From: an uncultured delta proteobacterium
GTDB lineage: Bacteria > Myxococcota_A > Polyangia > Polyangiales > JAFGIB01
Length of the DNA stretch: 64,000 nucleotides
Assembly: GCA_963778655.1 (NCBI GenBank)
Contig: CAVZVA010000010.1
Location: 1,440,001-1,504,000, forward strand
Reading direction: 5' to 3'
Shown here: positions 39,786 through 47,948 of the stretch, piece after piece
Numbering within the stretch: position 1 is the stretch's first letter
Layout: each line of letters begins with the position of its first letter
Notes under the pieces: generated by a model
What the model was told of the DNA's origin: nothing
Databases searched by the model: none
What the model saw: only the letters and a program-made list of their open reading frames with translations
Program-made: the position numbers and the translations under genes

Positions 39786-40889
39786 ATGGTTGGCTTATCT
39801 TCCCTGCGAAGCCCGGCGCGGGTCCGCTTCGCGGCTGCGCTGGCGCTGCTACTCGGCTGCGCGTTGGGCGGCCCCTTGCTCCCGCGCGTGCACGCACAAG
39901 CGCAGGGACAGGCGCAAGCGCAGCCGCAAGCAGACGAGGAATCCGAGGATCCGGTCTACCGCCAGGCCATCGACGACGCCGTGCGCGAGTTCACCGCCGG
40001 CCACTGGGAAGAGGCGCGCGCGCTGTTCAAGAATGCGCACGAGCGCTCGCCAAACGCGCGCACCCTGCGCGGCATGGGCATGGCTGCGTACGAGCTGCGC
40101 ATGTACGTGCAGGCCATGCGCGAGCTCGACGCCTCGCTCAAGGACCCGCGCAAGCCGCTCGACCCCGAGCTGCGAAAGCAGGTGCAGACGCTGATGAACA
40201 AGGCGCGCGAGTTCGTGGGGCGCGTGCATCTGGTGCTGCAGCCGAAGGAGGCCAAGCCGTTGATCGACGGCGAGGGGTTCGAGCGCGAGCCCGACGGCAG
40301 CGTGCTGCTCGACGTTGGCACCCACGTCGTCAGCGCGACCGCGAGCGGCTACAAGCCGGTCTCGATCCGCTTCAACGTCGAGGGCGGCTCCGAGCAAAGC
40401 CTGCGCGTGGCGCTCGAGCCGCTGCTGGCGTTGCAGCCGGCGGTGCCGGCGATCGACGCCGCGCATCCGCCGCCGCAAGGCGCCGAGGCCGCGCCGCCGC
40501 CACCCAGCTCGCAACCCGTGCAGAAGCCGGCCCGGCAGGGGCACCTCGGCACCTATGCCTGGATCGCGCTGGCGGGCGCGGGCGCCTTCGGGATCACCAG
40601 CGCGGTGTTCTGGCTGGTGGGTGAGGGGCAGTACAAGGATCTCAAGGGCAGCTGCGCGCCGGCGTGCAGCGAGAAGCAGATCAGCGATTCCGGCGTCAAG
40701 ACGAGCGACGTCTTGACCAACGTCTTTCTGGGCGCCGCCGCGGTCTCGGCGCTGACGTCCGGCGTATTGTTCACGATCGAGGCCACTCGCGGCGGCGAGC
40801 ACAAACCGCCGGCGCGCGCAGGCGCGGGCCGGCCCGCGCTGGCGCTGGACGCGTCGCCCGGCGGCGTGCAGCTGCGGGGGACGTTCTGA
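39786..40889 (+). CDS. TPR + PEGA-domain exported/membrane protein
   Basis: Signal peptide, TPR-like helices (ARALFKNAHERSP), PEGA-like GTHVVSATASGY, C-terminal TM pair and GVQLRGTF end. Confidence 0.8.
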   Translation: MVGLSSLRSPARVRFAAALALLLGCALGGPLLPRVHAQAQGQAQAQPQADEESEDPVYRQAIDDAVREFTAGHWEEARALFKNAHERSPNARTLRGMGMAAYELRMYVQAMRELDASLKDPRKPLDPELRKQVQTLMNKAREFVGRVHLVLQPKEAKPLIDGEGFEREPDGSVLLDVGTHVVSATASGYKPVSIRFNVEGGSEQSLRVALEPLLALQPAVPAIDAAHPPPQGAEAAPPPPSSQPVQKPARQGHLGTYAWIALAGAGAFGITSAVFWLVGEGQYKDLKGSCAPACSEKQISDSGVKTSDVLTNVFLGAAAVSALTSGVLFTIEATRGGEHKPPARAGAGRPALALDASPGGVQLRGTF

Positions 40890-41827
40890 TGCGCCGCGCG
40901 ATGCTGCTGCTGGCGGCGCTGCTCGCGTGCTGTGCGCTCGGCTGCAAGCACGACCTGGCCGCGCTGCGCTCGGCGACCAGCTCTGGCGGTGGCGTGCGCG
41001 ACTCGGGCACGCCCAGCCATCTCGGCACCGGCGGCAGCGGCAGCGGCGGTCAGGGCGGCTCCGCGGGTGCCAGCGACGGGGGCAGCGGCTCGGGCTCGGT
41101 CTCGCCGGCCGCGTGCGAGCCGTGTCCCGATCAGCCCGATGCGGGCGCGGCTCTCGGGCTGCGCGCGTGCTGTCGCGGCACCGACGGCAGCGAGTGCGGT
41201 CTGACCTTCGGCATGGGCCAGCTGTGCCTGCAGCGCATGGCGCCGGGCCAGCCGAGCAATGCTTGCCCGAGCATGGGCCAGGGCGCGCTGTCGCTCGACG
41301 GCTGCTGCCGGCCCGACGATCGCTGCGGGCTCGACGCCACGGGGGTGGAGCTCGGCTGCGTCGCGCGCGAAGAGATCCTGGTGCAGATCGGCGCGCCCAG
41401 GGCCGACCCGATGGCGTGCCAGTACACCTGCCAGACCGACGACGACTGCGCCTCGGCGACGGGCTTCGTGTGCGCCGAGGATCCCAAGGACTCCACGCAC
41501 AAGCGGCGCATATGCGTGAAGCAGTGCCTGCGCGACCAGGATTGCGTCAAGGGTCTGGTGTGCGCGCTCGGTAATGACGTCGCGATGGACCGCGTGCTCG
41601 CGTTCTGCCAGCCCCCGGTCGGCAACGTCGCGCCGGGCGCCTATTGCTCCGCGGCGCAGGACTGCGTCAACGGCGTGTGCTTGCAACTGCAGGGCATGGA
41701 TCCGTTCTGTACTCAGCTGTGCCGCAATCCCGCCGACTGTCCCAGCGGCCGCAACACCTGCTTCGCCTCCTCGATCAACACGCCGGCCAAGGATGCGATG
41801 CAGACTTTCCACATCTGCGGGCCGTAG
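40889..41827 (+). CDS. Cys-rich lipoprotein
   Basis: Lipobox ALGC, Gly/Ser linker, many CxxDxDC-type motifs; TGATG coupling to the upstream gene. Confidence 0.8.
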   Translation: MRRAMLLLAALLACCALGCKHDLAALRSATSSGGGVRDSGTPSHLGTGGSGSGGQGGSAGASDGGSGSGSVSPAACEPCPDQPDAGAALGLRACCRGTDGSECGLTFGMGQLCLQRMAPGQPSNACPSMGQGALSLDGCCRPDDRCGLDATGVELGCVAREEILVQIGAPRADPMACQYTCQTDDDCASATGFVCAEDPKDSTHKRRICVKQCLRDQDCVKGLVCALGNDVAMDRVLAFCQPPVGNVAPGAYCSAAQDCVNGVCLQLQGMDPFCTQLCRNPADCPSGRNTCFASSINTPAKDAMQTFHICGP

Positions 41828-41965
41828 CAACACGAGACCGGGTTTTCTATCCGCACCGCGGCCGCGTCGAGCGAGCGGCAGCAAGGCGGGAAGGGCGGAG
41901 CTCGTCCGCACTTCCCGTCCTGCCATGTACACCTCCGGCCTGGTGTTTCAGGCCCGGCAGCGCTC

Positions 41966-43450
41966 CTACGAGGGGCAGTCGGAATCGCTGTTGAAGTCGC
42001 AGCCCGAAGGGCAGCAGCCGTCGCTGGTGCCCGAGCACGCCGTGATCGGCTCGTAGGAGCAGGTGACGTCGCAGCTGCTCGGCGTGCCGGTGCGCACGTT
42101 GGTGGTGCAGGGGTCGTTGTCTTCGCACACGCAGCTGCTGGGCGGGTCGCAGGTCTCGCCCAGGTTGGCTTCGATGCGGCCGTTGCCGCAGCCCGGGCAG
42201 TCCGAGTCGGTGGTCGCATCGCAGCCCGAGGGACAGCAACCGTCGCCGCCGTTGCACGCGGTGATCGGCGTGTGGCTGCAGCTGACGTCGCAGCTGGCGG
42301 CGCTGCCGCTCATGGCGTCAGCGGTGCAGGCGTCGGCGTCGTCGCAACTGGTGGGGCAGCTTGCGGACGGATCGCAGGTTTCGCCGAGATTGGCTTCGAC
42401 CTGGCCGTTGCCGCAGCCCGGGCAGTCCGAGTCGGTGGTGGGCCCGCATCCGCCGGGGCAGCAGCCGTCGCCGCCGTTGCACTCGGTGATCGCCGTGTGC
42501 GCGCAGCTCACGTTGCAGGTGTCCGCGCCGCCCAGCGTCATGTCCATGGTGCAAGCCTCGCCGTCGTCGCAGGCAATGCTCGCGCAGGTCGAAGGCGGGT
42601 CGCAGGTCTCGTTCGACTCGATCGCGCCGTTGCCACAGCTCGGCGAGCAGTCGGAATCGACGTTCGCGTTGCAGCCGAGCGGGCAGCAGCCGTCGCCGTT
42701 TGCGCAGGCGCTGATCGGCTCGTGAGAGCACGCCGCGCTGCAGTTGTCCGCGCTGCCAGTCAGCATGTCGACCGTGCAGGCCTCTCCGTCGTCGCAGTCC
42801 GAGGGACAGCTCGAGGGCGGGTCGCAGGTCTCTCCCGACTCCACCGCGCCGTTGCCGCAGCTTGCCGAGCAGTCGTCGTCGTTGTTCGCGTTGCAATCGG
42901 CGGGGCAGCAGCCGTCGCCAGCGGCGCAGGTCGTGATCATCGCGTGCGTGCAGGCGGCGTCGCAGCTGTCGGCGCTGCCGGTCAGGGCGTCGCTGGTGCA
43001 GCTGTTGCCGTCGTCGCAGCTGGTCGGGCAGCTCGAGGGCGGGTCGCAGGTCTCGCCGCGCGAGACCCGGCCGTCGCCGCAGCGCGCGCCCTGGGCGCCC
43101 TGACCGGCGCTGCCCTGGCCTCCGGCGTCGACGGCGCCGCCAGCCGGAGCGCCACCGAGACAGATGCCAAACAAGCACAGCCCGTTGCAGTTGGGGCAGG
43201 TGAAACCGGCGCCGGGCGCCGCGGCCGCCATGCCGCCGGTGCCCGCACCCGGGGTCGCGCCGCCGGTGCCCACGCCCTGGCCCACGCCCACTGCGCCGCT
43301 CCCGCCGGTTCCCCCGATCACCGCGCCGGGGCTCGCGCCCTGGCCTGAGTCGCCGCCCGTACCGGTTGCGCCGCCGACGGCGTGACCACTGCTACACCCA
43401 GCTGCGGTCAGGACCGCGAGCAAGACCAGGTTCGATCGCAATCCAAGCAT
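41966..43450 (-). CDS. Cys-rich repeat lipoprotein (Myxococcus CGNG/DUF4215-like repeats)
   Basis: Lipobox AAGC; five repeats of CG(N/D)G..E..ETCDPPSSC...CT.D...GS...C...C.H..IT.C..GDGCCP.GC....D.DC; GGAGGAG RBS. Confidence 0.88.
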   Translation of the reverse strand: MLGLRSNLVLLAVLTAAGCSSGHAVGGATGTGGDSGQGASPGAVIGGTGGSGAVGVGQGVGTGGATPGAGTGGMAAAAPGAGFTCPNCNGLCLFGICLGGAPAGGAVDAGGQGSAGQGAQGARCGDGRVSRGETCDPPSSCPTSCDDGNSCTSDALTGSADSCDAACTHAMITTCAAGDGCCPADCNANNDDDCSASCGNGAVESGETCDPPSSCPSDCDDGEACTVDMLTGSADNCSAACSHEPISACANGDGCCPLGCNANVDSDCSPSCGNGAIESNETCDPPSTCASIACDDGEACTMDMTLGGADTCNVSCAHTAITECNGGDGCCPGGCGPTTDSDCPGCGNGQVEANLGETCDPSASCPTSCDDADACTADAMSGSAASCDVSCSHTPITACNGGDGCCPSGCDATTDSDCPGCGNGRIEANLGETCDPPSSCVCEDNDPCTTNVRTGTPSSCDVTCSYEPITACSGTSDGCCPSGCDFNSDSDCPS

Positions 43451-43540
43451 GAGGTTCTCCTCCCCCCGCCACGTCCTGCGCGCCCCACCGCGCGTCCCTG
43501 CTGCCCACATGCCCCTACCACAGCAGGATAGGCCGCGCAG

Positions 43541-43554
43541 GTGACGCAAGTCAC
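43541..43554. promoter_or_regulatory. Palindrome GTGA-N6-TCAC (CRP/FNR-family-like site)
   Basis: GTGACGCAAGTCAC about 90 nt upstream of the Cys-rich gene start. Confidence 0.4.
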
Positions 43555-43721
43555 TTTGTCGACATGTTTTTTTGGCATGCGCAGGTCCTGCGCAGGGTCG
43601 ATCGCTTTACACAACGATTTACGGGATGCGGCTCAGGCAGAGGGCCACTTCGAGCTATGTCTGCGGGCCCAGGCGACGCCCGCCGCCGAGCTACGCGATC
43701 ACATATCTATTGGAAACGACT

Positions 43722-43730
43722 TGATATAAT
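43722..43730 (+). promoter_or_regulatory. Extended -10 promoter
   Basis: Perfect TGaTATAAT in an AT-rich patch, about 170 nt upstream of the Fis-like gene. Confidence 0.55.
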
Positions 43731-43899
43731 CTGGACGCTCCAGGTGTGGGGCGACTCGCTTTTGGCGCAGCGCAGAGAAATTCGCGTGTGGGGATGAGAA
43801 AGCGCCGACCGCTCCTCAGCCCACTGCCCACTCAACGCACAGGAAAGAGCATGCACTTGCCGCGGTTGTGGTCGGGTGCGCGTGAGGGAGGTCAGTCGG

Positions 43900-44175
43900 A
43901 TGCTGATGAGCGACAATATCACTCGCGAGGTCAAGGACGGTCCCCGGAGGCTGTGGGCCATCTGTCGGGCTGCGGAGCGCGCCGAGATCGCGCGGGTGCT
44001 CGAAGAGCACCGGCAGAACCGCACGCATGCGGCCATGGCGCTCGGGATTTCGCGCCGCACGCTGCTGAACAAGATCAAGGCCTACGGGCTCACGCCCCAG
44101 GCCTGCAAGGAGTACGGCTTCGAGCCGAGCGCTTCGAGCCCGGCGCAGGTGCCGGTCGCAGACGCCGCGAACTGA
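43900..44175 (+). CDS. Stand-alone Fis-type HTH protein
   Basis: AERAEIARVLEEHRQNRTHAAMALGISRRTLLNKIKAYGL; GGAGG RBS. Confidence 0.8.
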   Translation: MLMSDNITREVKDGPRRLWAICRAAERAEIARVLEEHRQNRTHAAMALGISRRTLLNKIKAYGLTPQACKEYGFEPSASSPAQVPVADAAN

Positions 44176-44321
44176 GGCGCGCCGGGTAGGGCCGCGCGCA
44201 CGGCGCGTGGCATGTGCCGGTGTCCGTGCGCATGCCGCGCGCGGCGGTTGCCACGAGCACACGCCGGAAGTAGCGTGGCGCGCGGCGGCCGGCGCCCCCA
44301 GCGGCGAGGTGGCCCCTGCGA

Positions 44322-46178
44322 ATGGGCTACCCTTCCCTCAAGGCCTGCGTCGATGATCTGGCGGGCCACGGGCACCTCGTCCGCATCGAGCACGAGATCG
44401 ACCCGCGGCTGGAGGCGGCCGAGATCCACCGCCGCGTGTATCGCGCGGGCGGTCCGGCGCTGCTCTTCGCGCGGGTGAAGGGCTCGGCCTTTCCGATGGT
44501 CTCGAACCTGTTCGGGACGCTGCCGCGCGCGCGCTTCATCTTTCGCGACGCGCTGGAAGGCGTGCGGCGCCTGGTCGAGCTGAGGGCCGACCCGGCCGCT
44601 GCCTTGCGTTCGCCGCTGCGCTACTTGGGCGTGCCGCTCACCGCGCTGCACATGCCGGTCAAGCGCTGCACCGGGGGTCCGGTGTTCGCGCAGCAGAGCG
44701 CGCTTTCGGCGCTGCCGCAGCTTGTGTGCTGGCCGCGCGACGGCGGCGCGTTCATCACGCTGCCGCAGGTCTACACCGAGGACCCGGATCGACCCGGGCC
44801 GGCGCACGCCAACCTCGGCATGTACCGGATTCAGCTCTCCGGCAACGCCTACGAGCCCGAGCGCGAGGTCGGCCTGCACTACCAGATCCACCGCGGCATC
44901 GGCGTCCATCACCAGGCCGCGCGCCGCCGTGGCGAGCCGCTGCGCGTGCGCGTGTTCGTGGGCGGGCCGCCCGCGCTCAGCCTGGCCGCGGTCATGCCGC
45001 TGCCGGAGGGCTTGAGCGAGCTGATGTTCGCGGGCGCGCTCAATCGGCGCCGCGTGCGCATGGCTCGGGCGCCCGGCGCGGAGCCGGACGCACCGCCGCT
45101 GCACGCCGAGGCCGACTTCTGCCTGCTCGGCGAGATCGATCCCGAGCGTGTGAAGCCCGAAGGCCCGTTCGGCGACCACCTGGGCTACTACAGCTTGGTG
45201 CACGACTTTCCGGTGATGCGCGTGGAGCGGGTGTTTCACCGCCGCGGCGCGCTGTGGCCGTTCACCGTGGTCGGCCGCCCGCCGCAGGAGGACACCACCT
45301 TCGGCGCGCTGATCCACGAGCTGACCGGACCGGTGATCCCGAGCGTGCTGCCGGGCGTGCGAGCGGTGCATGCGGTGGATGCGGCCGGCGTACACCCGCT
45401 GCTGCTCGCGATCGGCAGCGAGCGCTACACCCCGTACGAGGCGTCGAGCCGGCCACAGGAGCTGCTGACGCAGGCCAACGCGGTGCTCGGACAGGGCCAG
45501 ATGTCGCTCGCCAAATACCTGCTGATCGTCAACGGCGAAGACGAGCCCGCGCTGGCGGTCGACGACGTGCGCGGCTTCTTCGCGCACTTGCTCGCGCGCT
45601 TCGACCCGCGCCGTGACCTGCACTTTCAGACCGAGACCACGATCGACACGCTGGACTACTCGGGCGGCGCGCTCAACCGCGGCAGCAAGCTGGTGATCGC
45701 GGCCACCGGCGCGCCGCTGCGCGCGCTGCCCGCGGCGCTGCCCGCGGCGCTGCGGCTGCCGCAGGGCTATGGCACACCGGCGTTGTGCATGCCCGGGGTG
45801 GTCGCGCTGCAGGGGCCGGCGTTCGCCGCGGACGCCGGCGGTGACGACCCGGCGATCGCGCGCCTGTGTCGCGAGCTCGCGGTCGAGGGCCACCCGCTGG
45901 GGGCGTTTCCCTTGATCGTGATCTGCGACGACAGTGAGCTGTGCGCGCGCACGCTCGAGGGCTTCTTGTGGGTGACCTTCACGCGCAGCGACCCGGCGCG
46001 GGACGTGCACGGCGTCGGCAGCTTCGTGCGCCACAAGCACTGGGGCTGTCGGGGCCCGCTGCTGATCGACGCGCGCCGCAAGCCGTACCACGCCCCGCCG
46101 CTGGAGCCCGACCCCGAGGTCTCGGCCCGCGTCGACGCGCTCGCGACCAAGGGCGGCCCCCTGCACGGCCTGTTTTGA
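44322..46178 (+). CDS. UbiD-family (prFMN-dependent) decarboxylase
   Basis: DGGAFITLPQV, NLGMYRIQ, PEGPFGDHLGYY, GRPPQED, DTLDYSG. Confidence 0.92.
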   Translation: MGYPSLKACVDDLAGHGHLVRIEHEIDPRLEAAEIHRRVYRAGGPALLFARVKGSAFPMVSNLFGTLPRARFIFRDALEGVRRLVELRADPAAALRSPLRYLGVPLTALHMPVKRCTGGPVFAQQSALSALPQLVCWPRDGGAFITLPQVYTEDPDRPGPAHANLGMYRIQLSGNAYEPEREVGLHYQIHRGIGVHHQAARRRGEPLRVRVFVGGPPALSLAAVMPLPEGLSELMFAGALNRRRVRMARAPGAEPDAPPLHAEADFCLLGEIDPERVKPEGPFGDHLGYYSLVHDFPVMRVERVFHRRGALWPFTVVGRPPQEDTTFGALIHELTGPVIPSVLPGVRAVHAVDAAGVHPLLLAIGSERYTPYEASSRPQELLTQANAVLGQGQMSLAKYLLIVNGEDEPALAVDDVRGFFAHLLARFDPRRDLHFQTETTIDTLDYSGGALNRGSKLVIAATGAPLRALPAALPAALRLPQGYGTPALCMPGVVALQGPAFAADAGGDDPAIARLCRELAVEGHPLGAFPLIVICDDSELCARTLEGFLWVTFTRSDPARDVHGVGSFVRHKHWGCRGPLLIDARRKPYHAPPLEPDPEVSARVDALATKGGPLHGLF

Positions 46179-46207
46179 AGGCTCGGGGCGCGAGGGCGGA
46201 GCATGCA

Positions 46208-46275
46208 ACAGGCAGGCGGGACGATGGGAAGAATCCCAGCCTACGGGACCGCCTCCCGTCTTCCCGTCTGCCTGT
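46208..46275. repeat. REP-like palindrome, copy B
   Basis: ACAGGCAGGCGGGACGATGGGAAG ... CCTCCCGTCTTCCCGTCTGCCTGT between convergent genes. Confidence 0.75.
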
Positions 46276-46280
46276 GAGCT

Positions 46281-47747
46281 TCATCCATCAGAGGCTGCCG
46301 GTGGGATGCTCTGGGCGTGCTTGAAGACGTCGTCGGGGTCGTAGACCGCCTTGACCCGGGTGAGGCGCTCGAAGTTGTCGCCGAAGTAGGCGCGGGGCCA
46401 GTCGGGCAGGTCGAGATCGCAATAGCTGACGTAGGCAGCGCCGGAGACGTGCGGGCGCATCGCGGCGTGGATCTGGCGCATCCACTGCAGCCGCGCGCGG
46501 GTTTGCGCGGGGTGCGACCACTGGGTGTGGTACTGGAGCGAAAACAGCGTGTCGCCACGGTGGTGAAACGCGGTGGCCGAGCGGGCCACGCGGTTGATCG
46601 CGCCGCCATAGCTGTCGAGGTAGATGCCCGCCTCGTCTGGTGGCAAGCGCTCGAGGTGATCGAACAGCAGGTCGACCCCCTCGTCGGCCATGTGCGAGGT
46701 GACGTAGTCGGACTTACCCTTCATATACGTGGACTGATGCCCGTTCTCGGGCGAGAAGTGGTGGACCGCGTCGATGAAGGGCATGCTGCGCAGGGAGCGG
46801 CGTGAAGGCGCGAGCGCCAGCATCGGCCGCAGCGCGGCGTGCAGGTCGTCCTCGCCGCCCAGGAACTGGCCCTTGCAGGTGAGCGCGAGCTGGCCCTGCT
46901 CGGCTCGCGTGAGCACCAGCATGCTGGTGAGCTCGTCGCGCGCCGCAGGCGCCCAGTGCTGCCAGGCGTGGAAGACCGCTCGGGCCTGCGCCCGCGCCAG
47001 CGTGTAGCCGAGGTCGAAGACCACGACCTCGTCGATCGGCTGCAGTGCGAGCTCGAGCCGCGTGACCACACCGAAGCTGCCGCCACCTCCGCCGCGGCAA
47101 GCCCAGAACAGATCCTGGTGCTGGCTCGCGTCGGCACGGAGCGTCCGGCCCTCGGCGTCCACCATCTCGAGCGCGCGCAGGCTGTCGCAGGTGAGGCCGT
47201 GCTTGCGCGCGAGCAAGCCGAAGCCGCCGCCCAGGGTGAGGCCGGCGATGCCGACGCCGGCGCAGGTGCCCGCGGGCAGGGCGAGCCCGTCGCGCTGCAG
47301 CGTGGCGTAGACCTGGCCCAAGCTCGCGCCGGAGCCGATGGCGGCGCGCAGGCGGCTGCGCTCGGTCTCGATCGCATCGAGCGGGCGCACGTCGATCACG
47401 ACGCCGGGGCACAGCGACAGCCCTTCGTAGGAGTGACCGCCCGAGCGCACGCTGATCGGAACGCCGTGCGATCGCGCCCAGGCGATGGTGGTGCGCACCG
47501 CCTCGACGCGCTTGCAAGCCACGATCGCGGCGGGCCTGGCCAGGGTGCGTTTGTTGAATGCGCTGCGGTAGGCCTCGAAGCGCTGGTGCTGCGGCGTGAG
47601 CACCAGCCCGTCGTCGGGCGAGATGCTCGCGCGCAGCTCGTGCAGCGGCCCACGCCTGGCGTGTGCTGCCGCGCGCGTCGTGAGCGCGCCAGTCGACGCA
47701 CCGGCCAGCGCCGTCACGGCCCGTTGCAGAAAGTCGCGCCTGCGCAT
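46281..47747 (-). CDS. Tat-exported FAD-linked oxidase (berberine bridge enzyme family)
   Basis: MRRRDFL Tat motif, RSGGHSYEG, GTCAGVGIAG, LFWACRGGGGG, YFGDNFERL...YDP. Confidence 0.92.
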   Translation of the reverse strand: MRRRDFLQRAVTALAGASTGALTTRAAAHARRGPLHELRASISPDDGLVLTPQHQRFEAYRSAFNKRTLARPAAIVACKRVEAVRTTIAWARSHGVPISVRSGGHSYEGLSLCPGVVIDVRPLDAIETERSRLRAAIGSGASLGQVYATLQRDGLALPAGTCAGVGIAGLTLGGGFGLLARKHGLTCDSLRALEMVDAEGRTLRADASQHQDLFWACRGGGGGSFGVVTRLELALQPIDEVVVFDLGYTLARAQARAVFHAWQHWAPAARDELTSMLVLTRAEQGQLALTCKGQFLGGEDDLHAALRPMLALAPSRRSLRSMPFIDAVHHFSPENGHQSTYMKGKSDYVTSHMADEGVDLLFDHLERLPPDEAGIYLDSYGGAINRVARSATAFHHRGDTLFSLQYHTQWSHPAQTRARLQWMRQIHAAMRPHVSGAAYVSYCDLDLPDWPRAYFGDNFERLTRVKAVYDPDDVFKHAQSIPPAASDG

Positions 47748-47948
47748 CCCGCCTCGCCCCTTTGAGCTTCGCCACCGGTAGCACGCACGCGGGCGCGGAG
47801 CCATCCCCGGGGCGGTCCATGGGTCCGGCTCGACTCGCAAGTGCTTGCGGGGTCGCAAGTGCCTTGACACACGTTCGCACAAGACGCTCACTCGCTTGTC
47901 CGGCATAGCCACAAGTCAGGCCAAGCTGGGATGCGGCGGGAAAGCCGC

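Noticed and set aside
41966..43100. Nucleotide repeats as a CRISPR or non-coding array
   Set aside because: They are in-frame coding repeats of the Cys-rich protein, with synonymous variation.
45716..45755. 12-bp tandem repeat in the UbiD gene
   Set aside because: Short in-frame ALPA linker repeat with no sign of phase variation.
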